Made by a program: the position numbers and the translations under genes | Assembly: GCA_025351245.1 (NCBI GenBank) | Contig: JANXWH010000133.1 | Span: 1,450 to 65,449 of the forward strand | Length of the DNA: 64,000 nt | Source of the DNA: Chloroflexota bacterium | Lineage (GTDB): Bacteria; Chloroflexota; Limnocylindria; Limnocylindrales; CSP1-4 | Direction: 5' to 3' | The notes under the pieces: model-generated | What the model saw: the letters and a program-made list of their open reading frames with translations, nothing else | Told to the model about the DNA's origin: nothing | The model's database searches: none | Part shown: positions 45,363-54,652 of the stretch, piece by piece | Numbering within the stretch: position 1 is the first letter of the stretch | Layout of the letters: each line of letters begins with the position of its first letter

Positions 45363-47624
45363 CTAGGCTCCCGTCGCCGGTTCGCCGGCCGCGATGTCGC
45401 GGAGCCAGCCGTGGTCCAGCTCGGCCGCAAATGCGGCGCCTGCCCGGGCCACGCCACCGCCGGCCAGCACGAGTGACTCTGCGTGGCGTCGGGCGGCCAC
45501 GGCGAGCTCCCGGTGATCGGCCCGGGCGAGCGTGGCGACCCGGAGGCGCGGCAGCCCGTGCTGCACGTACCCGAGGACGTCGCCTTCGCGACGCTGCTCG
45601 AAGTCAACCTCCGCGAGCGCGAAGCCGTCGTTCAGCCGCGCGAGAGCGGACAGCCGAACCTGCTCCGGCCCGATCGGCTCGATCTCGCCGCGCTCCAGCG
45701 CGGCGGCGCGCCGCTCGTCTGCCGGCAGCCGGTCGCTGACGAGAACGCACCACCCCTGGTCGTTCGCTCGCCCCACCCGGCCGCGGAGCTGGTGGAGCTG
45801 GGCCAGGCCGAAACGGTCGGCGCCCTCGATCACCATGACGCTTGCGGCCGGGACGTCCACGCCGACCTCGACGACGGTCGTGCCGACGAGCACGTCCGCG
45901 GTGCCGTCCCTGAACCGCGTCATCGCCGCGTCCCGATCGGCAGGCCGCAGGCGGCCGTGAACCAGGTCCACAACGAGCTCGCGCCGGAGGCCGGCCGCCG
46001 CGAGCCGGTCCGGCTCGTTGAGGAGCGCCCGCAGGCGGTTCACCTCCGCCTCGGCGCCGGCCACGTCGTCGGGCGCATCGTCGGAGGCGTCGCCGGCCTC
46101 GTCGATATGCGGGACGACGACGAACGTCTGCCTGCCTGCCGCGGCCTCGCGCACCACGAATGTCCAGAGCCGGTCGAGGTGGTCCGGGTGGCGGAGGCCG
46201 GTCCGGATCGGCAGCCGCCCGGTCGGGGCAGTCCGCAGGTCGGTGACGTCCAGGTCGGCATAGAGCACCTGCCCGATCGTGCGCGGGATCGGCGTCGCAG
46301 TCATGAGGAGGACGTGGGCGGCCCCACCCCGCGTCTTCGCCTCGAGCGCGCCCCGTTGCTCCACGCCGAAGCGGTGCTGCTCGTCCACCACCACGAGGCC
46401 GAGACGTGCGTACGCGACACGCTCGGAGAAGAGGGCGTGCGTCCCCACGACCACGTGGGCGCGCCCGTCCGCAAGCGCCTCCAGGACGCGGCGCGACTCC
46501 GGGCCGGCAAGCGAGCCGGTGAGGAGCTCGACCGCGATCCCGAGCGGCCGGAGGAGGTCGTCGAGCGTGACCGCGTGCTGGCGGGCCAGGAGATCGGTCG
46601 GGGCAAGCAGGGCGCCCTGGACGCCCGCCCCTGCCGCCAGCGCCAGCGCGTAGGCCCCCACCGCGGTCTTGCCCGATCCGACGTCGCCCTGGAGCAGGCG
46701 GAGCATGGGATGCGGGCCCCGGACGTCGTCGCGGACAGCGTCCATGGCGCGCTCCTGGTCGCCCGTGAGGTCGACCTTGCGACCCAGCCGCAGCCCGAGC
46801 GCAGCCGCGAGCACACCCCGGACCTCGGCGTCGCGCGCTGGCGTGGTCGCGATCGAGACCGAGGCCGCGACGGCCCGCTCGCGACGCCGCCCAACCATCC
46901 CGACCTGGAGCGCGAGCAGCTCGTCGAAGGCGAGCCGCCGGAGCGCGGCGTCGCGCCGCTCGAAGTCGTCCGGGAAGTGCACCTGGGCGAGCGCATCCCC
47001 GATCCCGACCAGTCCCAGGCCGCGGCGGATTGAAGCGGGCAGGTACTCCGGGTACGGCGGCGGGCGATCGAGGGCCGCGCGGATCGCGGCGCGCAGCGTC
47101 CGGATCGGCAACCCGGCCGTCAACCGGTAGACCGGCACGATGCGGCCGACGTGGAGGAGGTCGCCGTCGGGCGGCTGGAACGCCGGGTTATCCAGGAGCA
47201 CCGTCGCGCCGCGCTTCTTGAGCTTGCCGGAGAAGAGCAGCTCGTCACCCTCATGGAGACGCCGCTCCACGTACTGCCGGCCGTACCACTGGGCCTCCGC
47301 CGTGCCAGTCTCGTCGGCGAGATCCGCCGTGACGACCCGGATACCACGCCGGGCCGTGCGGCCGGCCCGGACCCTGAGGACGCTGGCCCGCGTGCTCACG
47401 ATGGTGTCCGGCGCCACGAAGCGGAGCGCGTGCAGGTCATGGAGGACCCGCAGGTCGTCATAGCGACGCGGCAGCCAGAGGAGAAGATCGCGGACGGTTC
47501 GCAGGCCGATCCGGGGCCCGACTCGCTTGAGCACACTGGCGCCCGGCAGCCCGCTCGCCGGCAGGGGCACGCCGAACGGATCGGCCGGCGGGAGCGTCGC
47601 GGGCAGCGGCCGGGCGGTTCTCAC
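45363..47624 (-). CDS. recG: ATP-dependent DNA helicase RecG
   Basis: A wedge domain plus the helicase core: LLQGDVGSGKTAVGAYALALAAGAG...VVVDEQHRFGV...LLMTATPIPRT...QLHQLRGRVGR. Confidence 0.9.
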   Translation of the reverse strand: MRTARPLPATLPPADPFGVPLPASGLPGASVLKRVGPRIGLRTVRDLLLWLPRRYDDLRVLHDLHALRFVAPDTIVSTRASVLRVRAGRTARRGIRVVTADLADETGTAEAQWYGRQYVERRLHEGDELLFSGKLKKRGATVLLDNPAFQPPDGDLLHVGRIVPVYRLTAGLPIRTLRAAIRAALDRPPPYPEYLPASIRRGLGLVGIGDALAQVHFPDDFERRDAALRRLAFDELLALQVGMVGRRRERAVAASVSIATTPARDAEVRGVLAAALGLRLGRKVDLTGDQERAMDAVRDDVRGPHPMLRLLQGDVGSGKTAVGAYALALAAGAGVQGALLAPTDLLARQHAVTLDDLLRPLGIAVELLTGSLAGPESRRVLEALADGRAHVVVGTHALFSERVAYARLGLVVVDEQHRFGVEQRGALEAKTRGGAAHVLLMTATPIPRTIGQVLYADLDVTDLRTAPTGRLPIRTGLRHPDHLDRLWTFVVREAAAGRQTFVVVPHIDEAGDASDDAPDDVAGAEAEVNRLRALLNEPDRLAAAGLRRELVVDLVHGRLRPADRDAAMTRFRDGTADVLVGTTVVEVGVDVPAASVMVIEGADRFGLAQLHQLRGRVGRANDQGWCVLVSDRLPADERRAAALERGEIEPIGPEQVRLSALARLNDGFALAEVDFEQRREGDVLGYVQHGLPRLRVATLARADHRELAVAARRHAESLVLAGGGVARAGAAFAAELDHGWLRDIAAGEPATGA

Positions 47625-47632
47625 GCCTTCCC

Positions 47633-49318
47633 CTACTCCGCGCTGATCAGATAGCGGTAGTGGGGCTGGAGGCCCGTCCGGACCTCGACGTCATCGAGCG
47701 CGGGCCATCGCGCGTGGATCCGCTGCGCGAGCCCCTCCGCCTCGGCGAGGTTGGCGTCGTCACCGTACCAGAGCGTCACGAGACCGAAGCCGGGCGTGAA
47801 CGAGCACATCCCCTCAATGATCACCGTGGTGCGGTCGTCGCCGACGGCCAGCAATCCGTCGTCCGGGTCGAGCGCCATCGTCTGCCCCTCGCGGACCTGC
47901 CGGCCTCCGACCCTGGCGTCGCGCACGGCTGCCGTGACGAGCATCGTCTGGACCTCGCGGCTGGCGCGCAGCATCCGCTCCGCGTTGCCGCTCGCGCCGT
48001 CGGCGACCTGCAGCGCGAGCAGCGCCGCGAGGCCCTCGGCCGCGTTCCGGGTCGGCACGACCCGGGTTGGGCGGTCGGACATCTCCGCTGCCTGCCCGGC
48101 GGCCAGCTTCACGTTCGGGTTGTTCGGCAGGATCAGGAGCTCCTCCGCGGGAGAGCGGCGGATCGCCTCGAGGATCTCGCCGGCACTTGGATTCTGTGCC
48201 TGGCCGCCGCGGACGATCGAGACCGCGACCTCGCCGCTGAGCGCCACCTCCTCAAAGTAGGGCGTGAACCCATCGCCCGGCACGACCGCGATGATCCCGA
48301 GCGGCACGCGCGAGACGTCGGCGTCCGGGGCCGACTGCGCGGCCGCCTCCTCCGGGGCGGGGCTCCCGCCGACGGCCGCGGTTCGCGCCTCGCGGACTTC
48401 GTCCACCTGGTGGTCGAGGTCGACAACCGTGGCATTCACGATTCGGCCGACCCGGAGCGCATGTCGCATGACGAGATCGGGGCGCCCGTTGTGGACGTGG
48501 ATCTTGGCCGCCTTCGCGTCGCCGGCCACGTTGACGGACTCGCCGGTGCGCACGAGATACCCGGTGATCCGGTCGAGATCCAGGAGCTGCCCGGGGAATG
48601 GGTGAATGAGGTAGACCGTCTCGTACCCGTGGTCGTTCTCGCCACGGGCGATCCCGGCAGGGACCGGGCTCGGAAAGGCCGGGACACGCATGGCGGGCAG
48701 GGGCGCCTCGCCGCGGAGGAAGCGGAGTGCTCCCTCGAAGAGTCGCAGGAGTCCGGCCCCGCCGGCGTCCACCACGCCGGCGTCCCGGAGCACGGGCAGC
48801 AGGCTCGGCGTCTTGGCGAGCGCTTTCTCGGCCGAGTCCGTTGCCGCGGCGAGGACGGCGCCGATGTCGTTCTCGCGCTCGGCCGCGGCGACAGCCGCCG
48901 CTGCGGCCTCCCGGATCACGGTCAGCATCGTGCCCTCCACCGGGCGGGGCACTGCGCCGTACGCGGCCGTGCTCGCCGATGCGAGCGCATGGGCAAGATC
49001 CAGGCCGTTGAAGCGGCGCCTGCCGGCGAAGCCCTCGGCGAGCCCGCGCACGATTTGGCTCAGGATCACGCCGGAGTTGCCGCGGGCCCCGAAGAGCGCG
49101 CCCTCCCGGAGTCGGTCGACGACCCCCTCGACGCTGGAATCGTCACGGACGTAGCGGAGCATCTCCGTGCACGTGGCGAGCATGTTCGAGCCGGTATCGC
49201 CATCCGGAACCGGGAAGACGTTGAGGGCGTTGATCTCGTCGACGTGGCGCCCGAGGTTCGCGACCGCGGCCCGGACTGCCCCCAGCAGCCCGGCGCCGTC
49301 GCAGGCGAGTCGGACCAC
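47633..49318 (-). CDS. DAK2-domain protein (YloV/FakA-like fatty-acid kinase ATP-binding subunit)
   Basis: MVRLACDGAGLLGAVRAAVANLGRHVDEINALNVFPVPDGDTGSNMLAT... (the Dak2 domain) with a C-terminal DegV-like or FakA domain. It occupies the conserved yloU-yloV-recG arrangement. Confidence 0.85.
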   Translation of the reverse strand: MVRLACDGAGLLGAVRAAVANLGRHVDEINALNVFPVPDGDTGSNMLATCTEMLRYVRDDSSVEGVVDRLREGALFGARGNSGVILSQIVRGLAEGFAGRRRFNGLDLAHALASASTAAYGAVPRPVEGTMLTVIREAAAAAVAAAERENDIGAVLAAATDSAEKALAKTPSLLPVLRDAGVVDAGGAGLLRLFEGALRFLRGEAPLPAMRVPAFPSPVPAGIARGENDHGYETVYLIHPFPGQLLDLDRITGYLVRTGESVNVAGDAKAAKIHVHNGRPDLVMRHALRVGRIVNATVVDLDHQVDEVREARTAAVGGSPAPEEAAAQSAPDADVSRVPLGIIAVVPGDGFTPYFEEVALSGEVAVSIVRGGQAQNPSAGEILEAIRRSPAEELLILPNNPNVKLAAGQAAEMSDRPTRVVPTRNAAEGLAALLALQVADGASGNAERMLRASREVQTMLVTAAVRDARVGGRQVREGQTMALDPDDGLLAVGDDRTTVIIEGMCSFTPGFGLVTLWYGDDANLAEAEGLAQRIHARWPALDDVEVRTGLQPHYRYLISAE

Positions 49319-49319
49319 G

Positions 49320-49814
49320 CTAGGCAGCCCCGGCCGTGGAGCTCGACCGGGCTACCTCCGTCGTCGGCGCCCCGTCGTCGTGCGCCGGCGCCGGGACCGG
49401 CTCCGGATCGACGTGGAGGGCGGCGGCCGTCGACGGCGGAGCCACCGCGGGCAAGCCGGACGAGTACGGCCGGCCGCCCATTTCCTGGACGTGGATCGCC
49501 ACCGGGCCGACCTCTCGCCCGAGCGCTCGCTGGAGCCCGTAGCGCACCGCGGAGTCGACCTGCCGCGCGACCTCCGCAACCGGGACGCCGTAGGCGACGG
49601 TGAGCCAGACCTCCGTCTCGACGGTCGGGTGGAGCGTCACGCGGATCGCGCGACTCCCCAGGCCCAGCCGGGCGCGGAAGCGTGCCAGCAGCGTGGGCTC
49701 GGCAAGGCCGGTCACGCCGTAGCTGCCCAGCGCGGCATCGCGTACGATCTCGCTCAGCGCCCGGCGAGCCACGACGGCCCGACCCGGCACGGCACGCGTC
49801 GGCTCCTCGGGCAT
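49320..49814 (-). CDS. Asp23/Gls24 family protein (YloU-like)
   Basis: VPGRAVVARRALSEIVRDAALGSYGVTGLAEP...VTLHPTVETEVWLTVAYGVPVAEVARQVDSAVRYGLQRALG. The ATG at 49814 has the SD GAGGTGA. Confidence 0.8.
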   Translation of the reverse strand: MPEEPTRAVPGRAVVARRALSEIVRDAALGSYGVTGLAEPTLLARFRARLGLGSRAIRVTLHPTVETEVWLTVAYGVPVAEVARQVDSAVRYGLQRALGREVGPVAIHVQEMGGRPYSSGLPAVAPPSTAAALHVDPEPVPAPAHDDGAPTTEVARSSSTAGAA

Positions 49815-49971
49815 CGGGGGATCACCTCGCGGTTGGACGGCTGGACGCGGACGATGTGCTAGCATACAGCCTCCCCGGACCCCTTCCGGGCGGCGCTTCG
49901 GCGTGCCGAGAGGGGCGACCGGGACCGGCGGGCTGCCCGCCGACCGGATACCCCCGCACCTGAGGAACTCG
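49815..49971. promoter_or_regulatory. Divergent promoter region between yloU (minus) and rpmB (plus), with a palindromic TGCTAGCA core
   Basis: The plus strand reads atgTGcTAGCATacag (an extended -10 for rpmB). The GCTAGC palindrome gives TGcTAGCAC on the minus strand for the yloU-yloV-recG operon. Confidence 0.4.
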
Positions 49972-50169
49972 ATGGCCCGTAGCTGCGCGATCTGCGGCAA
50001 GGTCTCGATGGGCGGCTTCAACCCGCAGTCGAGTGGGATGAACCGCGTGCGTGCCCACCGCCGCTACCAGCCGAACCTCCAGCCGCTCGCAGTCGTCGAA
50101 GGCGGAACCCTGACGCGCAAGCTCGTCTGCACCCGCTGCCGACGTACGCAGACAAAGAAGAGCCGCTGA
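49972..50169 (+). CDS. rpmB: 50S ribosomal protein L28
   Basis: MARSCAICGKVSMGGFNPQSSGMNRVRAHRRYQPNLQPLAVVEGGTLTRKLVCTRCRR. The ATG at 49972 has the SD GAGGA. It is one of only two plus-strand genes. Confidence 0.9.
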   Translation: MARSCAICGKVSMGGFNPQSSGMNRVRAHRRYQPNLQPLAVVEGGTLTRKLVCTRCRRTQTKKSR

Positions 50170-50209
50170 CCCCGTCGCCGGGTCCCGTCGCCCCGGTCCG
50201 CCACCCGCC

Positions 50210-50240
50210 CGACCCGGCCTTGCGCCGGGTCGTTGCATGT
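50210..50240 (+). terminator. Hairpin (9-bp stem CGACCCGGC/GCCGGGUCG) followed by UUGCAUGU, downstream of rpmB
   Basis: An inverted repeat seen 41 nt after the rpmB stop in the rpmB/dtd convergent gap. The U-tract is weak. Confidence 0.4.
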
Positions 50241-50251
50241 CCGGGCCCCGC

Positions 50252-50698
50252 TCAGCGATCCGCGCTGTCGAGCCAGATGGTGAACGGCCCATCGTTCACG
50301 AGCTCGACCGCCATCGAAGCCCCGAACCGCCCACGCTCAACCTGCGTGCCGGTCGCCTCCAGCGTCCGGCAGAAGCGTCCGTAGAGCGCCTCCGCGTGGG
50401 ATGGCGAAGCCGCCCCGGTGAAGCCCGGCCGGCGCCCGCGCCGCGTGTCCGCGTACAGCGTGAACTGGCTGACCGCCAGCACGGCGCCGCCAATCTCGCC
50501 CAGGGCGAGGTTCGTGCGGCCGTCGGCATCCTCGTGGATCCGGAGCCCCACGATCCGGCGGGCCATCGCGTCCGCGGTCGCCTCATCATCCTCGGGCGCG
50601 ACCCCGAGGAGGACCAGCAGGCCGCGGCCGATCGCACCCACGCGCTCGTCGGCGACCCGGACCTCCGCGCGGCTGACGCGCTGGAGGAGCGCCCGCAC
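50252..50698 (-). CDS. dtd: D-aminoacyl-tRNA deacylase
   Basis: VRALLQRVSRAEVRVADERVGAIGRGLLVLLGV...GRRPGF...SMAVELVNDGPFTI. The start is the GTG at 50698. Confidence 0.9.
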   Translation of the reverse strand: MRALLQRVSRAEVRVADERVGAIGRGLLVLLGVAPEDDEATADAMARRIVGLRIHEDADGRTNLALGEIGGAVLAVSQFTLYADTRRGRRPGFTGAASPSHAEALYGRFCRTLEATGTQVERGRFGASMAVELVNDGPFTIWLDSADR

Positions 50699-50703
50699 GG
50701 GCC

Positions 50704-51699
50704 TCAGGTCCCGGGGTCGGGCGGCGTGTCGCCGGCCGCGGCCAGGAGGCGCGCGCGCCACGCGCCGGCCTCCACCAGGGCAGCCTCGCGAGCTTCCGAA
50801 AACTGGTCCTGGGCCCACGCCTCGGCGCTCCGCGGGATCAACAGGTCGTAGTCACGGACGCCGTCCGGGTTCACCTGGCCGTCGCCCCGGAGCATCACGA
50901 CCGGCACGTCGCCGCGCTCGACCGCATCCCGAAGAGGGCCTGCCAGGTGGCGCGGCAGCTGGGCGAAGCGGACCATCTCGTCGCGAGGATGAGGCGGCAC
51001 GCCATCGTTGCGCTCGTTCGCGAATCCCTCGTCGGCGAGGGTCCGAACCAGCCGGACCTCGCGAGCCTGGTCACGGCCCTTCGTGAAGAGTGCCGTCCCC
51101 ACGACGAGCACGTCCGCCCCGAGGCCGCCGACCAGCTCCGCCGTCTCGCGGTTCACGCCGCCGTCCACGTGGACCTCGCCCCCCCAGGGCTTGTGGGAGA
51201 GGAGGTCGCGGGCCTGGAGGATCTTCGCCTCCGCGACATCACGCATGAAGTCCTGGCCGCCGAAGCCGGGCTCCACGGTCATCACCATCACGATGTCGAG
51301 GAGCTCGCGGTAGGGCTCCAGCGCCGACAGGGGCGTCCCCGGGCGGAGCGCCAGGCCCGCGGCCCGGCCGGCCGCCCGGATCCGGCGCAGGACCGGCTCG
51401 ATTGGCTCCGTGATCTCCACGTGGATGGTGATCGAGTCGCAACCGGCCTCGAGGAATGCGTCGAGCCAGCGACCCGGCTCGGCGATCATGAGGTGCGCGT
51501 CGAACGGAGCCTTCGTGGCCGGTCGGAGCGCCCGGATGGTGCCCGCGCCGAAGGTGAGGTTCGGGACGAATTGGGCGTCCATCACGTCGAGGTGGATCCG
51601 GTCCGCGCCTGCCCGGATGACGCGCCGCACCTCGTAGGCGAGATTACCGAGGTTTGCGTTCAGGATGCTCGCGGCGATGCGCGCGCGGCCCTCGCCCAT
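50704..51699 (-). CDS. rpe: Ribulose-phosphate 3-epimerase with a roughly 105-aa C-terminal extension of unknown function
   Basis: IAASILNANLGNLAYEVRRVIRAGADRIHLDVMDAQFVPNLTFG...VMTVEPGFGGQDFM...VDGGVN forms the Rpe core (about 225 aa). It is followed by ...HPRDEMVRFAQLPRHLAGPLRDAVERGDVPVVMLRGDGQVNPDGVRDYDLLIPRSAEAWAQDQF.... The ATG at 51699 overlaps the rlmN stop as ATGA. Confidence 0.85.
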   Translation of the reverse strand: MGEGRARIAASILNANLGNLAYEVRRVIRAGADRIHLDVMDAQFVPNLTFGAGTIRALRPATKAPFDAHLMIAEPGRWLDAFLEAGCDSITIHVEITEPIEPVLRRIRAAGRAAGLALRPGTPLSALEPYRELLDIVMVMTVEPGFGGQDFMRDVAEAKILQARDLLSHKPWGGEVHVDGGVNRETAELVGGLGADVLVVGTALFTKGRDQAREVRLVRTLADEGFANERNDGVPPHPRDEMVRFAQLPRHLAGPLRDAVERGDVPVVMLRGDGQVNPDGVRDYDLLIPRSAEAWAQDQFSEAREAALVEAGAWRARLLAAAGDTPPDPGT

Positions 51700-53057
51700 C
51701 AGCGGCTCCCCCGTCGGGGCGGACCAGGGGGCTGCCGTCCGGCAGCGGGGCGGCGGTCCGGGCGCGCGATGGGGCGCGCGATGGGGCGCGCGGCGGCGCG
51801 TGGCGCGGTCCGGGCGATCAACGGCCCTGGGGAAGCCGCGGGCAGGCCGGGCGGGGCCGGGTCCTGGCTCCGCTCCCCGGCGAGCGCAGCCGCAGAGGCG
51901 GCCACCAGCCGCTCGTGACGCCGCGCGACGGCAACGGCTGCAGGTTCCGCCGACTTCTCCGCCGCAAGCTGGCCGCAGGCCGCCCCAACCTCCTGGCCGC
52001 GGTTCCGCCGGATCGTCACGCCGAGTCCAGCCGCCCGCAGGCGGCCCGCAAACGCGTCGATCCGCTCGGGCGAGCTTGCCTGCCAGGGCGTGTGGGCGAC
52101 CGGGTTCATCGGGATGCAGTTGACGTGGCTGCCGCTCCCTGCCAGGAGCCGCGCAAGCGCGTCGGCGTCGGCGGGTGTGTCGTTGAGGCCGTCGATCATC
52201 ACGTACTCGTAGCTCACGCGGCGCCCGGTTGCCGCCGCGTAGCCGGCCGCCGCGGCGACGACCGCGCGGACGGGCCAGCGTCGATTGAGCGGCACGAGGA
52301 GGTCCCGGAGCGCATCGCGCGCCGAGTGGAGGCTCACGGCGAGCGTCCATTGCGGGCTGAGCGCGGTCAGCCGCTCGATTCCCGGCACCACCCCCGATGT
52401 GGAGATCGTCAGGTGGCGGGCACCCAGCCCGAAGCGGTCGGCGTCGGTGAGGACCCGGGCCGCCCCGATCACGGCATCGAGGTTGAGGAGCGGTTCGCCC
52501 ATGCCCATGAAGACGAGGTTGGTGAGATGGCGACCCCGCGACACCAGCCGGCGCCGGGCATGACGGACCTGATCCACGATCTCCGCCACGTCCAGGTCGC
52601 GCTCGAACCCCAGCTCGCCCGTGGCGCAGAATGGGCAGCCAACGGCGCAGCCGGCCTGGCTGCTGATGCAGAGCGTGTTCCGCTCGCGTCGCTCGCCGCG
52701 TGCCGGGTAGTGCATGAGGACGCTCTCCACGAGGCGCCCATCAGGCAGCCGATGGAGCGCCTTCTCCGTGGCGTCGTCGTCGGCGAGACGCAGGTCGGTT
52801 TCGGTGACCGTGTCGAAGCGGAGTCGTTCGGCCAGGCCGGCGCGAAGTGGCAGGCCGAGCGTCGTCACCGCTTCCCACGACGCCGCCTCCGAGCGCCAGA
52901 CCGCATCAGCAACCTGCCGGGCGCGAAATGCCGGCTCCCCCATCTCGGCCAGGAGCGCCGCGAGCTCCGTCGGCTCGACGCCGGCCACTCCGGGGCGAGT
53001 GTCACGCGAGGCCGCAGGGACGGATCGCGCGCGGGAGGGGACGGTTGGCTCGGTCAT
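51699..53057 (-). CDS. rlmN: 23S rRNA (adenine2503-C2)-methyltransferase RlmN (radical SAM)
   Basis: CISSQAGCAVGCPFCATG (the CxxxCxxC motif)...NLVFMGMGEPLLN... Its C-terminal tail is encoded by a short tandem repeat (ARPIARPIARP). Confidence 0.9.
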   Translation of the reverse strand: MTEPTVPSRARSVPAASRDTRPGVAGVEPTELAALLAEMGEPAFRARQVADAVWRSEAASWEAVTTLGLPLRAGLAERLRFDTVTETDLRLADDDATEKALHRLPDGRLVESVLMHYPARGERRERNTLCISSQAGCAVGCPFCATGELGFERDLDVAEIVDQVRHARRRLVSRGRHLTNLVFMGMGEPLLNLDAVIGAARVLTDADRFGLGARHLTISTSGVVPGIERLTALSPQWTLAVSLHSARDALRDLLVPLNRRWPVRAVVAAAAGYAAATGRRVSYEYVMIDGLNDTPADADALARLLAGSGSHVNCIPMNPVAHTPWQASSPERIDAFAGRLRAAGLGVTIRRNRGQEVGAACGQLAAEKSAEPAAVAVARRHERLVAASAAALAGERSQDPAPPGLPAASPGPLIARTAPRAAARPIARPIARPDRRPAAGRQPPGPPRRGSR

Positions 53058-53067
53058 GGAGTCGCGA

Positions 53068-54000
53068 TTATCCCACCCGGGCGCGGATGAGCCCTGGACG
53101 CCCACGCAGGAGCGCGGCCGCATCCATGTTCCGGCCTCCGGCCGGCTGGACCTCCAGCAGTCGGAGGCGGCCGTCTGCCGTCGCGAGCGCGAGGCCCGAA
53201 CCGTCATCGGAGACGAGGCGCCCCGGCTCGTCGCCGGGCTGCGTGGCAGCAATCCCGGCCCGTAGGACGGCGATCCGGCCGCCCGGCGCCTGGAGAAAGG
53301 TGCCCGGCCACGGGCGGTACGCTCGAACCTGCCGCTCGAGCATAGCCGCCGGTCGCGCCGGGTCCAGCCGTCCGTCCTCGCGGCGGAATGGCCGCGTGAT
53401 GGTCACCCGCTCCCGCGACTGCGCGACCGCGGGAAGCTCCCCGCGGAGCCATGGCCCCAGTGATCGCCGAAGCAGGCCTGCCGCGAGCGCCGCGAGGCGC
53501 GCCTCCAGCCGCGGCGCGTCCTCGTCGCCGGAGAGCGCGACCGCCTTGATCGCCACGATGGGGCCCGTATCCATGCCGGCATCCATCCGGAACAGGCTGA
53601 CCCCGGTTTCCGCGTCCCCTTCGCAGATGGCCGCCGGGATCGGCGTCGCTCCGCGATGGTGCGGCAGCAGGGACGGATGGAGGTTGAGGATGCCGTACGG
53701 CGGCAGGTCCAGGATCGCCTGCGGAAGCAGCTTCCCGTAGTCGGCGAGGACGCCGACCACGGGGTGGAGCGCCGCGACGTCCGCGACGACCGCAGGGTCG
53801 CGCAGCCGCTCCGGGGTCAGGACCGGGAGGCCGAGCAGGCCCGCGCGCTCCCCCACCGGAGTCTGGCCGACGACGCCGGCTCGACCGAAGGGACGCGGCG
53901 GCGCCGTCACGACGGCGACCAGCATCACCTCCGACACGGCGGCAAGCGCCTCGAGGACCGGGACGGCGAACGCCCCGGAGCCGAAGAAGATGGCCCGCAC
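53068..54000 (-). CDS. fmt: Methionyl-tRNA formyltransferase
   Basis: MRAIFFGSGAFAVPVLEALAA...ILNLHPSLLPHHRGATPIPAAI... Confidence 0.9.
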   Translation of the reverse strand: MRAIFFGSGAFAVPVLEALAAVSEVMLVAVVTAPPRPFGRAGVVGQTPVGERAGLLGLPVLTPERLRDPAVVADVAALHPVVGVLADYGKLLPQAILDLPPYGILNLHPSLLPHHRGATPIPAAICEGDAETGVSLFRMDAGMDTGPIVAIKAVALSGDEDAPRLEARLAALAAGLLRRSLGPWLRGELPAVAQSRERVTITRPFRREDGRLDPARPAAMLERQVRAYRPWPGTFLQAPGGRIAVLRAGIAATQPGDEPGRLVSDDGSGLALATADGRLRLLEVQPAGGRNMDAAALLRGRPGLIRARVG

Positions 54001-54004
54001 GGGC

Positions 54005-54565
54005 TCAGCCGCGGGAGGCCGCCTTCGCCCTCTCGGGGTCGATCCCGCGCCGCTCGAGCTCCGCGTCCGCGGCCTGGTCCTGCTCCTCGTCCATGCCGCC
54101 TCGACCCACGGGGATCAGCTCGTCGGGCGATGCAAGGTAGTCCACGTACAGCTTCCCCTGCAGGTGATCCAGCTCATGCTGGAAGGCGCGCCCAAGGAAG
54201 CCGGACCCGGCGACCTTGAACTTCTTTCCCACGCGGTTCTGGGCGACGACCCAGACCTTCTCCTTCCGGGTGACGTACGCCACGTACCCGGGGATCGAGA
54301 GACACCCTTCCAGATCGCGGTCCTCTCCGTCTGCGCGCACGATCCGCGGGTTCACGAGCTCGAACAGGCGATCCTCCACCTCGACCACGGCCACGTTCAG
54401 CGCCTCGCCGAGCTGGGGCGCGGCGAGGCCGACGCCAGGGGCGTGGCGCATCGTGTCGGTCAGGTCGTCGATCAACCCGTGCAGGAACTTGTTGAAGCTC
54501 TCCACCGGCTGGCCCCGGAGCCGGAGCCGCGGATCACCGAGGGTGAGGATGGGCAGGACACTCAT
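54005..54565 (-). CDS. def: Peptide deformylase
   Basis: GVGLAAPQLG...EGCLSIPG...HELDHLQG, the three Def motifs. Confidence 0.95.
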   Translation of the reverse strand: MSVLPILTLGDPRLRLRGQPVESFNKFLHGLIDDLTDTMRHAPGVGLAAPQLGEALNVAVVEVEDRLFELVNPRIVRADGEDRDLEGCLSIPGYVAYVTRKEKVWVVAQNRVGKKFKVAGSGFLGRAFQHELDHLQGKLYVDYLASPDELIPVGRGGMDEEQDQAADAELERRGIDPERAKAASRG

Positions 54566-54652
54566 GGAACGAGTATACGAGAGGTGCCGATGAGGCCAGC
54601 CGCGGCGGCCACGACCCGAGGCCGCCGCCCGCCAACCGCTCCAACGTGGGCG

